A DNA stretch of 64,000 nt, taken from contig JAEUNY010000179.1 of the NCBI GenBank assembly GCA_016791005.1, positions 253 through 64,252 of the forward strand, written 5' to 3'. Shown here piece by piece: positions 22,284-30,515 of the stretch (its first letter is position 1; each line of letters starts with the position of its first letter). The position numbers and the translations under genes are program-made. The notes beneath the pieces were generated by a model. That model saw only the letters and a list, made by a program, of their open reading frames with translations. It searched no databases and was not told where the DNA came from. This DNA comes from Zoogloeaceae bacterium. GTDB lineage: Bacteria; Pseudomonadota; Gammaproteobacteria; Burkholderiales; Rhodocyclaceae.

Positions 22284-24050
22284 ATGCAGAATGGGTCGAA
22301 GAATGGCCACGGCAACCACCACGGACGGAGCCTAGTGTCGCCACCGGTGGTTGCCGAGGTGGCGATGAAGGTGCTTCACGATTCGATCGAAGGGGCGGTG
22401 GATCCCCTTGGGATGATGGCCCCGATCGTCCATGCGCAGTTGGCCTGGATGGCCCATCCTCAAGAGCTGGCAGAGCGTTTGGTGGGCCTCTCTGCGGACC
22501 TTTGGGCCCTACACCTGCACTCCTGGCGACGGGCGTTCGGGATCCGGGACGCTGATCCCATCCGGCCCCATGAGGACGATACCCGGTTCGCGGACCCGGT
22601 TTGGACCGAATCTGCGGCTTGGGACATCCTGAAGGAGCATTACCTGGCTTTCACCCGCCATACCCAGGACATGCTCTACGCAACTCCGGGGCTCTCCGGC
22701 AAGGAACGTCGGCGGGCCGCCTTCTGGTGGCGGAAATGGCTGAATGCCATGGCTCCGACCAATTTCCTGTTCACCAATCCGGAAGCCATCCGTCTGGCGG
22801 TTGAGACCCAAGGGGAGAGTCTGCGTAAAGGGTTCATGAATTTCCTCGCGGATATTGAGCGGGGTGACGTGCGGATGGCCGATGCAAGCCATTTCACGGT
22901 TGGCGAGAACCTCGCCACGACAGCGGGAGCGGTGGTGTATCGGAGCGATCTCCTCGAAGTGATCCATTACGCTCCACGCCAGGCTTCGGTACATGGGCGC
23001 CCCGTTGTGATCATCACGCCGTGGATCAATAAGTTCTACGTTCTGGACCTCGAGCCGAAGAAGAGCATGGTGCGATACCTCCTCGATCAGGGGCTGGATG
23101 TCTTCATTACCAGTTGGCGCAACCCTGGCCCCGAACTCGCAGACACCCGTTTCGATCGCTACTTGCAGGACGGAGTGGGGAAAATCATCGAGGTGGCGCA
23201 ACGGGTGACCGGCAGCGCCAAAGTCCACGCGATTGGTTACTGCCTCGGCGGGACGGCGCTGGCAATCTACATGGCCTGGGCGAATCAGCACTTCCTGCCG
23301 GAATCGGTGCCGGTGGAGGATTGGACCCTGTTCGCCACGATGGTGGATTTTCGCCGCCCGGGGGACATCGAGGTGTTCATCGATGAAGCCAGCGTCGGAT
23401 TCATCATCTCGAACATGGCGCGTAAGGGTTACCTCGACGGGAAGGAGATGGCGGCCGCCTTTCGGTTGCTTCGCTCGAACAGCCTGATCTGGCATTACGT
23501 GGTTCATGGCTGGCTCTACGGCGAAGCGCCGCCGCCATTCGACGTGTTGTACTGGAACATGGACACTACCCGGATGCCGTACCGAATGCATGCGTGGTAC
23601 CTGCGGGAACTCTATTTGAAGAACCAGTTGGTGCAGGCGGACGCCCTGACCGTCGCGGGTGAGCCCATCGATCTCGGGCGAATCGTCCAACCTCTCTACG
23701 CCGTGGCGGCCCAGGACGACCATATCGCCCCAGCCCAGCAGACCTTCTACATCCACAACTACGTCAAGGGGCCCAAACGCTTCGTCCTCTCCAGCGCGGG
23801 CCATATCCTCGGGATCGTCAATCCGCCTGTGATTCCGCCCAAGCGCCGCTACTGGACGGCGGAAGTGCATCGCACCGACTCCTACCGGAGTTGGCGGGAG
23901 CGCGCCGAGGAGCATGAGGGCAGTTGGTGGGGCGACTGGATGGACTGGCTTAAGCCACGCAGCGGTGAGTTGGGTCCGCCACCCCCATTGGAGACCGAGG
24001 ATTTCCCGGCTCTTGGGCCGGCACCTGGGGCCTACGTGCTGGAGCGTTGA
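22284..24050 (+). CDS. phaC: Class I poly(R)-hydroxyalkanoate synthase
   Basis: Lipase-box GYCLGG plus the conserved ITPWINKFYVLDL and WNMDTTRMP motifs. The start at 22284 (MQNGSKNG) is preferred, but 22239 is possible. Confidence 0.92.
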   Translation: MQNGSKNGHGNHHGRSLVSPPVVAEVAMKVLHDSIEGAVDPLGMMAPIVHAQLAWMAHPQELAERLVGLSADLWALHLHSWRRAFGIRDADPIRPHEDDTRFADPVWTESAAWDILKEHYLAFTRHTQDMLYATPGLSGKERRRAAFWWRKWLNAMAPTNFLFTNPEAIRLAVETQGESLRKGFMNFLADIERGDVRMADASHFTVGENLATTAGAVVYRSDLLEVIHYAPRQASVHGRPVVIITPWINKFYVLDLEPKKSMVRYLLDQGLDVFITSWRNPGPELADTRFDRYLQDGVGKIIEVAQRVTGSAKVHAIGYCLGGTALAIYMAWANQHFLPESVPVEDWTLFATMVDFRRPGDIEVFIDEASVGFIISNMARKGYLDGKEMAAAFRLLRSNSLIWHYVVHGWLYGEAPPPFDVLYWNMDTTRMPYRMHAWYLRELYLKNQLVQADALTVAGEPIDLGRIVQPLYAVAAQDDHIAPAQQTFYIHNYVKGPKRFVLSSAGHILGIVNPPVIPPKRRYWTAEVHRTDSYRSWRERAEEHEGSWWGDWMDWLKPRSGELGPPPPLETEDFPALGPAPGAYVLER

Positions 24051-24290
24051 CCTCGGTCAAACGGGGTATTCCCTCGCCTCAAGTTTCAATGGTGGGGTCC
24101 GATAGGCTTCGGGCAGGGCGGGCCGATTTCCGCCTGCATTGATGCGCGGTTCGGTCTGCGGCATGGACGTTTGGTCGCCTCGCGCACTGTCTGAATTGAC
24201 CTAAGGACGTCAGACCATGTTGCCATCCCTTGCCCATCTGATGCTGGTGGATGTCCCCTCGGGACTTGGGCGTGACTGTGCGGGCCTTGC

Positions 24291-24929
24291 ATGAACGCGC
24301 CCGAATCCTTCTTCCAAGCGGCGGCCGGTGTTTCGTCCGAATCCCAGCTTGCGCGCATCGTTCGCTCCAACGAAGAGATCAAGTCGATCGTTGCGACGGC
24401 GTTCAAGATCAATCTGATGGCCTTGAACGCGATCTTTCTGGCCAAGCGGGCGGGAACCGCCGCGCTGGGATTTGGGGTGCTGTCAAACGAGTTGCGGCGG
24501 TTTGCCCAGGATCTGACGCAGCAGATGGCATTGCTGCGGGAGATGACGGCGGAGTCGGTGACCGCCGTCTCCAGCCTCATGCAGCAGCGCCGCCTCGATC
24601 GCATCCTGGACCTTGCCGTGCGGGCCTGCGAAGGGAAGGAAATTGCCGGCCTGGACGTCGTGATGGCTCGGGCCGAAGCGGCGTTCGGTGAGAAGTTTCA
24701 AAGACTCCGGCAATTCGACAAAGTCCTGCATCGCGCGCTCGAATCCACCGGGCAATTGGTCGAGCTCGGCGGGGTCCTGGCCCGCTCCGCCAAGATCGAG
24801 GCCGCCTACGGGGGCCAGTACAGTTCGTCCCTCATGCAGGTATCGACCGATTTCGCCGAAGTCATCGACCAGATCAAACTCTCGCTGGAGAAGCTGACCC
24901 GCGAGCGCCTCATCAAGGAGGGTTCATGA
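24291..24929 (+). CDS. Soluble 212-aa protein with MCP signalling-tip-like motif only (mini-receptor-like)
   Basis: IVATAFKINLMALNAIFLAKRAGTAALGFGVLSNELRRFAQDL resembles the MCP hairpin tip ([31 protein letters not shown]). I see no TM or HAMP segment. An in-frame stop at 24273 prevents a longer N-terminus. Confidence 0.6.
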   Translation: MNAPESFFQAAAGVSSESQLARIVRSNEEIKSIVATAFKINLMALNAIFLAKRAGTAALGFGVLSNELRRFAQDLTQQMALLREMTAESVTAVSSLMQQRRLDRILDLAVRACEGKEIAGLDVVMARAEAAFGEKFQRLRQFDKVLHRALESTGQLVELGGVLARSAKIEAAYGGQYSSSLMQVSTDFAEVIDQIKLSLEKLTRERLIKEGS

Positions 24930-25660
24930 AGCAATGTCGCACCATTTTCCAGGACGGGGATCATCGCTGGCTGGCTATCGTCCGGGACCCGAATCGGGCC
25001 GGACATGTCATCGACACCAATGAGTATCTGATCGAGTCGGGGGCCGAATCGCTGCTTTGCGATCCGGGGGGCATCGAAATTTTTCCTGCGGTGTTTTCAG
25101 CGCTCTGTGCCGAAACTGACCCCAATCGCGTCCGGGCCATCTTCGCCTCCCACCAAGACCCGGACATTATTTCCTCCCTGGCGCTGTGGCTCGATTTCAA
25201 CCCGGAGCTGAAGTGCTATACGAGTTGGCTCTGGGCGTCCTTTTTGCCCCATTTTGGCGGGACCGCGGAAACCTTCGCCTCGCTTCCCGATGAGGGGGCG
25301 TCGATCCGCATTGGCGACCTGGATCTCGAGGCCGTGCCAGCCCACTACCTCCACTCGTCAGGCAACTTCCACCTTTACGATCGGGGCGCCAAGATTCTCT
25401 TCAGCGGCGATGTGGGGGCAGCCCTGCTGCCGCCCGACCAGGATGACCTGTACGTGAAGAATTTCGACCAGCACATCCAATATGCGGCCGGTTTTCACCG
25501 GCGCTGGATGGGTTCCAACGAGGCCAAGCGGCGCTGGTGCGAGCGGGTCGCCGTCTTGAATATCGACATGCTGTGCCCCCAGCATGGCGCGATTTATCAG
25601 GGTGAGGATGTCGCGCGTTTCATCGACTGGTTCGACCAACTGACCGTAGGCGTGGTCTGA
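24926..25660 (+). CDS. Metallo-beta-lactamase-fold, flavodiiron-core-like protein without flavodoxin domain (ODP-like)
   Basis: DTNEYLI, SHQDPD, PAHYLHSSG, LFSGDVG and CPQHGAI align with the flavodiiron-protein ligand motifs as I remember them. The ATGA overlap with the upstream gene indicates translational coupling. Confidence 0.7.
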   Translation: MKQCRTIFQDGDHRWLAIVRDPNRAGHVIDTNEYLIESGAESLLCDPGGIEIFPAVFSALCAETDPNRVRAIFASHQDPDIISSLALWLDFNPELKCYTSWLWASFLPHFGGTAETFASLPDEGASIRIGDLDLEAVPAHYLHSSGNFHLYDRGAKILFSGDVGAALLPPDQDDLYVKNFDQHIQYAAGFHRRWMGSNEAKRRWCERVAVLNIDMLCPQHGAIYQGEDVARFIDWFDQLTVGVV

Positions 25661-25678
25661 CGCAGTCCTGACCCCCAG

Positions 25679-25717
25679 GAGCCGGCCGGCCAAGCATCGG
25701 TCGGCTCTTTTCTTTCC
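25679..25717 (+). terminator. Rho-independent terminator after the ODP-like gene
   Basis: GAGCCGGCC-N11-GGTCGGCTC stem (one G-U pair) followed by TTTTCTTTCC. Confidence 0.6.
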
Positions 25718-25789
25718 GTTTTGGGTCTTTGATAAGCTGGTTAGTCCCACGGTGCGCTGGGTTGGATTGATCCTTAAGTGCTCCGGTCC

Positions 25790-25985
25790 TTTTGGCCAGG
25801 TTTTGCAGATGAACTCATAGGGTGTCGGGCCCTTGAGCGTGTCGCCCCGCTGGAATTGCAACTCTCCTCGGCTGGTCCTTTTCTCTCGTTGCCGCCACGA
25901 TGCCGGCCCGATCAGCCCCTGCGAGTTCGCTAAATAGCGGGAGCCTCGAAAGATATCCGGGGATATCAATCTTGTCTGAGGCCAT
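25790..25985 (-). pseudogene. Frameshifted remnant of a Crp/Fnr-family (cNMP-binding domain) regulator
   Basis: One frame gives MASDKIDIPGYLSRLPLFSELAGADRAGIVAATRE. A -1-shifted frame continues KRTSRGELQFQRGDTLKG. Joined, they resemble the start of a cNMP-binding domain. No intact ORF or HTH follows. Confidence 0.35.
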
Positions 25986-26069
25986 GGAAAATCCCTCGGG
26001 TGCGGCGAAATCTTTTTGAACGCCCACGGGAGTCGCTGGGGAGCGGCTCCATTTTGCAAAGGTTTCGCC

Positions 26070-26456
26070 ATGCTTTATGCCCTGCTCAAGCAATGCCACG
26101 TCACCTGTGTCGGCCTGAGTTTCTGTGGTTTCCTGCTCCGTGGCATCTGGATGCTGCAGGGCTCGCGGCTCCTGGCGCGGCGTCTGACCCGGACTGTTCC
26201 CCATGTGATCGACACGCTCCTCCTCGCAAGTGCTATCGGATTGGCCTTGATCCTGGGCCAATATCCCCTCCAAAATGACTGGCTTACCGCGAAGGTCGTG
26301 GGCCTCCTAGTCTATATTGGCCTGGGGGCGCTGGCCCTACGGCCGGGGCGGCCGCGATGGCTGAGAGGGGTTGCGTGGGTGGCGGCCCTCGGAACCTTCG
26401 GATATATCGTGTCGGTTGCAATCACAAAGAATCCTGCTGGATTTTTGGCGGGATGA
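26070..26456 (+). CDS. SirB-like (SirB2 family) inner-membrane protein
   Basis: MLYALLKQCHVTCVGLSFCGFLLRGIWML...PHVIDTLLLASAIGLA...AKVVGLLVYIGLG, a four-TM pattern that I associate with SirB2. Confidence 0.65.
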   Translation: MLYALLKQCHVTCVGLSFCGFLLRGIWMLQGSRLLARRLTRTVPHVIDTLLLASAIGLALILGQYPLQNDWLTAKVVGLLVYIGLGALALRPGRPRWLRGVAWVAALGTFGYIVSVAITKNPAGFLAG

Positions 26457-26473
26457 AAAAATAGAGGAGAGGG

Positions 26474-27010
26474 ATGATGGAGGAAACACTTATCCGGCCG
26501 TTGCCGGGCTTTGATGATCCCATCGAAATGTTGGAGGCCTGTCACGGCCGCATGAAGAATCAGTTGGAAACCTTGCGGCGCCTGGCAGGATGGTTGCCGG
26601 AGCACGGCCCAGACGCGGCCGCCCGACAGGCCGCGGCGGCGATCCTCCGTTATTTTCGTTCGGCCGCAGTGCATCATCATCAGGACGAGGAGCGCGATGT
26701 GTTTCCTCGTCTACTCGCTCGAATCGATACGGTGGACCGTCATCGGGTCGAATGCCTGATTTCCAGCCTGCTTGCCGATCACAAGGCGCTTTTCGCCGCG
26801 TGGGACGCCTTGGCTGGCCCCCTCGACGCCATTGCCCAAGGCACCGGGGCGGAGCTGGATGCGGACGACGTCGCCTATTTCACCCAGCAATATCGCAATC
26901 ATCTCGAATGCGAGGAGGCGATGCTCTTCCCCTTGCTTCTACGCCATATGGAGCCTCAGGATCTGGCTGAAGTCGGAGAGAAGATGCGGACCCGCCGGCA
27001 GGAAAGGTGA
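26474..27010 (+). CDS. Hemerythrin (HHE cation-binding) domain protein
   Basis: CHGRMK...HHHQDEERDVFP...HLECEEAMLFPLL shows His/Glu ligand spacing typical of hemerythrin-like domains. A strong GAGGAG SD is present. Confidence 0.75.
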   Translation: MMEETLIRPLPGFDDPIEMLEACHGRMKNQLETLRRLAGWLPEHGPDAAARQAAAAILRYFRSAAVHHHQDEERDVFPRLLARIDTVDRHRVECLISSLLADHKALFAAWDALAGPLDAIAQGTGAELDADDVAYFTQQYRNHLECEEAMLFPLLLRHMEPQDLAEVGEKMRTRRQER

Positions 27011-27077
27011 GCGCTTGCGAAGAAGCACCCTTCCCCTTGCGGTCGTGCCGGGCGGGTGGGGAAGGGCGGGAGAGGCT

Positions 27078-27827
27078 TTAGGTGAACTGAGGGTGGTGCA
27101 TCAGCTTCTTGAGTCCGGGGATGTCCAGGATGCGGATGTGCTTTTGCTGGACCGAGACCAGTCCATCTTCCTGGAAGCGCGAAAAGGCGCGGGAAACGGT
27201 TTCCAGCTTCAGCCCCAGGTAAGAGCCGATTTCCTCGCGGGTCATGCGCAGATGGAACTCGGCCGGGGAAAAGCCCCGCGCCGTGAAGCGCTGGGACATG
27301 TTGAGCAGGAAGGCCGCCAGCCGCTCCTCGGCCCGCATGGAACCCAGGAGCATCATCACGCCGTGATCCCGGACAATTTCCCGGCTCATCACCTTGTGGA
27401 ACTGGTGCTGCAGGGCCTCCACCTCGCGGGATAGTTCTTCCAGCTTGGCGAAGGGGATGATGCAGACTTCGCTGTCTTCCAGGGCGACGGCGTTGCAGGA
27501 GTGGTGCTCGCTGCTGATGCCGTCCAGGCCAAGGATCTCCCCGGTCATCTGAAATCCTGTGACCTGCTCGCGGCCGTCCTCCAGAATCACGTCGGTCTTG
27601 AACGAGCCGGTTCGAATGGCGTAGATCGCTTCGAAGGCCTCGCCGGCCCGATAAAGATGCTGCTGGCGCTTGACCTTGCGTCGAGTCGCGACCAACTCAT
27701 CGAGGCGATCGATTTCGGTGTGGTCGAGACCGAAGGGGAGGCAGAGTTCCTGAAGGTTGCATTGAGAGCAGGCGGATTTGAGGCCGGCTACGGTAATCGG
27801 GACCACACTTGCACCCTTCATCTGCAT
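27078..27827 (-). CDS. fnr: Oxygen-sensing transcriptional regulator FNR/Anr
   Basis: With the start at MQMKG, the N-terminal cysteines fall at C20-x2-C23-x5-C29, as in E. coli FNR. An internal Cys (HHSCNAV) is also present. The C-terminal HTH is MTREEIGSYLGLKLETVSRAFSRF. Confidence 0.93.
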   Translation of the reverse strand: MQMKGASVVPITVAGLKSACSQCNLQELCLPFGLDHTEIDRLDELVATRRKVKRQQHLYRAGEAFEAIYAIRTGSFKTDVILEDGREQVTGFQMTGEILGLDGISSEHHSCNAVALEDSEVCIIPFAKLEELSREVEALQHQFHKVMSREIVRDHGVMMLLGSMRAEERLAAFLLNMSQRFTARGFSPAEFHLRMTREEIGSYLGLKLETVSRAFSRFQEDGLVSVQQKHIRILDIPGLKKLMHHPQFT

Positions 27828-27869
27828 GGCATCCTTTCGGAGTGTTCGGCGGCTCGCGCCCGACCCTGT

Positions 27870-27883
27870 TTGACCTGGATCAA
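27870..27883. promoter_or_regulatory. FNR/Anr box in the fnr-hemN divergent region
   Basis: TTGAC-CTGG-ATCAA. The centre is about 63 bp upstream of the hemN ATG (class II geometry) and about 49 bp from the fnr ATG, which fits autoregulation. Confidence 0.75.
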
Positions 27884-27939
27884 ACAGCGATTCAAGGCGT
27901 TCTGCGATCGTGTCGGGCACGCTATGGAGGGCCCCCACG

Positions 27940-29325
27940 ATGCACTCTGCGCTTCACTTCGACCCGCAACTCATTCGGCGATTCGACGTCAATGGGCCAC
28001 GGTACACGTCTTACCCCACCGCGGATCGCTTTGTTGAGGCCTTTGATGCCGACGCCTTCCTGTGCCGATTGAGGCAGCGTGCCGTCGGCGGCGTGGCAAA
28101 ACCGCTCTCATTATACTTCCACATCCCCTTCTGTAACACGATTTGCTACTATTGCGCCTGCAATAAAATCATCACCAAAGACCATGGAAGGTCGTCCAAG
28201 TATCTGAAATACTTGGAAAAAGAAGTGGCGATTCAGGCGGCCGCGGTGTCGGGTCCGCGCCAGGTGGCCCAGCTGCACCTTGGGGGCGGGACGCCCACCT
28301 TTCTGTCCCACGACGAATTGCGCGAGCTTCTTGCCATCGTCCGTCGCCACTTTACCCTTGCGCCCCATGGCGAGTATTCCATTGAGGTGGACCCCCGCAA
28401 GGTGGATGAGGCGACGGTTGCCCTCCTCGGGGAACTCGGCTTCAACAGGATGAGCGTGGGGGTGCAGGATTTCGACCTGGCGGTGCAGAAGGCCGTGAAT
28501 CGCGTCCAGAGCGTCGAGGAAACCCGGCGGGTGATGAACGCCGCGCGGCAATCGGGATTCAAGTCCGTCAGCCTCGACCTGATCTATGGCTTGCCCAAGC
28601 AAAACGTGATCAGTTTCAACCGCACCCTCGAGGAGGTCCTCGCCCTCTCGCCGGACCGGATCTCCCTGTACAGCTATGCGCATTTGCCGGGTTTGTTCAA
28701 ACCCCAGCGGCGGATCAATTCGGTCGATCTCCCCACTGCGGACACCAAGCTTCAACTCTTGCAACTCGGTATCCGGCGGCTTACCGAAGCGGGTTACGTC
28801 TATATCGGCATGGACCATTTCGCCAAGCCGGACGATGAACTGACCGTCGCCCAACGTCAGGGCCGCCTGCACCGTAATTTCCAGGGTTACTCCACCCATG
28901 CCGAGTGCGATTTGCTGGCTTTTGGAGTGTCCGCGATCAGCCAGGTGGGTCCCTGCTATGCGCAGAACGTCAAGAGCCTCGACGAGTACTACGATGCCCT
29001 GGATCGGCACACCCTGCCGGTCTTGCGGGGCGTAGAACTCAACGCCGACGACCTGCTGCGCCGGGCCATGATCCAGGCCCTGATGTGCCACTTCGAGGTG
29101 TCGATCGAATCCATCGAAATCGCCCATCTCATCTCCTTCAAGGACTATTTCGCTGCCGAACTGGCGGATTTGCAGGCCATGGAGGAAGCGGGTCTGGTGG
29201 AGGTGACGGACAAATGGATTACCGTACGGCCAGAAGGGCGACTGCTGGTGCGGGGAATCGCCATGGTCTTCGATCGTTACCTGCGGGCGGACCGGGAGCG
29301 AACCCGCTACTCGAAAGTGATTTGA
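27940..29325 (+). CDS. hemN: Oxygen-independent coproporphyrinogen III oxidase (radical SAM)
   Basis: FDVNGPRYTSYPTA and the radical-SAM motif CNTICYYCAC. The protein is 461 aa. Confidence 0.95.
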   Translation: MHSALHFDPQLIRRFDVNGPRYTSYPTADRFVEAFDADAFLCRLRQRAVGGVAKPLSLYFHIPFCNTICYYCACNKIITKDHGRSSKYLKYLEKEVAIQAAAVSGPRQVAQLHLGGGTPTFLSHDELRELLAIVRRHFTLAPHGEYSIEVDPRKVDEATVALLGELGFNRMSVGVQDFDLAVQKAVNRVQSVEETRRVMNAARQSGFKSVSLDLIYGLPKQNVISFNRTLEEVLALSPDRISLYSYAHLPGLFKPQRRINSVDLPTADTKLQLLQLGIRRLTEAGYVYIGMDHFAKPDDELTVAQRQGRLHRNFQGYSTHAECDLLAFGVSAISQVGPCYAQNVKSLDEYYDALDRHTLPVLRGVELNADDLLRRAMIQALMCHFEVSIESIEIAHLISFKDYFAAELADLQAMEEAGLVEVTDKWITVRPEGRLLVRGIAMVFDRYLRADRERTRYSKVI

Positions 29326-29390
29326 GAGCGAGGGGCGGCGCTTCCGGATTACCATTCCACTCATGACGCCGCCCGCCTATATTTTCCGCG

Positions 29391-30098
29391 ATGCCTGAAA
29401 CCGGTTACATCGCCATCTTTCTGGTGGGGCTCCTGGGGGGCACCCATTGCGTCGGCATGTGCGGTGGCATCGTCGGGGCCCTGACCGTCCAGATTCCCGG
29501 TGCGGTCCAGCGGCAGTGGCCGATCCACCTCGCCTACAACCTCGGGAGGATTGCGACCTACATCCTCCTTGGCGCCGCCATGGGCGCCCTGGGTACGGTG
29601 GGGCTTTTGTTCAATGACGTCCTCCCCATCCAGCTTGCCCTCTATGTGCTGGCAAACTTGATGTTGATTGCCCTTGGGCTCTACCTCACTGGATTCACCG
29701 CCGTGCTGGCGCCGGTGGAGCGCTTGGGTCATCGCATCTGGCGCCGTGTGCAGCCCTTGACCCGACGTTTCCTGCCGGCCCGCTCCCCACTCCAGGCGTT
29801 ACCCTTGGGAATGCTGTGGGGGCTGGTGCCCTGCGGATTGATCTACAGCGTTCTTGCCACTGCGCTGGTCACGGGCTCCGCGACCCGGGGCGCTGCCCTG
29901 ATGGCCGCCTTCGGCCTTGGGACCTTGCCCAACCTCCTGCTCGCTGGCTTGCTTTTCAAGCGCTTGCGCGATGTCACCCGCAATTCCAAGGTCCGTTACG
30001 CCGCCGGCCTCCTTGTGCTGGCCTTCGGCGTGTTTGGGCTGGTCCTCGCCCCAAGTCTTGGAGGGAAGCTCTGGGACGGCGTGCTCTGCCACGTCTAG
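29391..30098 (+). CDS. DsbD_2/UreH-like (TauE/SafE-annotated) polytopic membrane protein
   Basis: GGTHCVGMCGGIVG motif in TM1 and about six TM segments. The same position next to hemN/anr/ccoI is seen in Pseudomonas, from memory. Confidence 0.7.
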   Translation: MPETGYIAIFLVGLLGGTHCVGMCGGIVGALTVQIPGAVQRQWPIHLAYNLGRIATYILLGAAMGALGTVGLLFNDVLPIQLALYVLANLMLIALGLYLTGFTAVLAPVERLGHRIWRRVQPLTRRFLPARSPLQALPLGMLWGLVPCGLIYSVLATALVTGSATRGAALMAAFGLGTLPNLLLAGLLFKRLRDVTRNSKVRYAAGLLVLAFGVFGLVLAPSLGGKLWDGVLCHV

Positions 30099-30511
30099 GA
30101 ATGCGGCGACTCTTCCGTCCCTGACAGCGTATGAAGGATTGGGCAGGGTTCCGCTCCCGGGCCCGCTTCGCAGCAGCGGACCAACTCTGCCAGGGCCTGC
30201 CGCATGGCTTCCAGCCGGGTCAGCTTTTCCTCGATCTCCCGCAGCTTGTCCTGAGCCGCTTTGCGGGCCGCGTTGCGATCGCTCATCTCGTCCAGTTCCA
30301 GAAGGCCCGCCACTTCGTCCAGGCTGAAACCCAGGCGCTGGGCGTGGCGGATGAAGCGCAGCCGGTCCAGCGCGGCCTGGCCGTAGCGGCGGGCGCCAGC
30401 GGCGCCGCTGGGGGTGCCGATCAGGCCACGGCGCTGGTAGTAGCGAACGGTCTCGACACCTACTCCGGCCGCACGCGCCAGCCGACCAATGGTCAAATTT
30501 GGTGAATCCAT
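30095..30511 (-). CDS. MerR-family metal-responsive regulator (MerR/CueR-like)
   Basis: N-terminus [25 protein letters not shown]...RLGFSLDEVAGLLEL is very close to Tn501 MerR as I recall it. The C-terminal cysteines are VRCCEAGPGAEPCP. No Cys is present at the MerR Cys82-equivalent position. Confidence 0.88.
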   Translation of the reverse strand: MDSPNLTIGRLARAAGVGVETVRYYQRRGLIGTPSGAAGARRYGQAALDRLRFIRHAQRLGFSLDEVAGLLELDEMSDRNAARKAAQDKLREIEEKLTRLEAMRQALAELVRCCEAGPGAEPCPILHTLSGTEESPHS

Positions 30512-30515
30512 GGGG

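Noticed and set aside
22509-23915. 468-aa minus-strand ORF antisense to phaC
   Set aside because: This is a high-GC antisense artefact. The phaC frame carries the lipase box and conserved synthase motifs.
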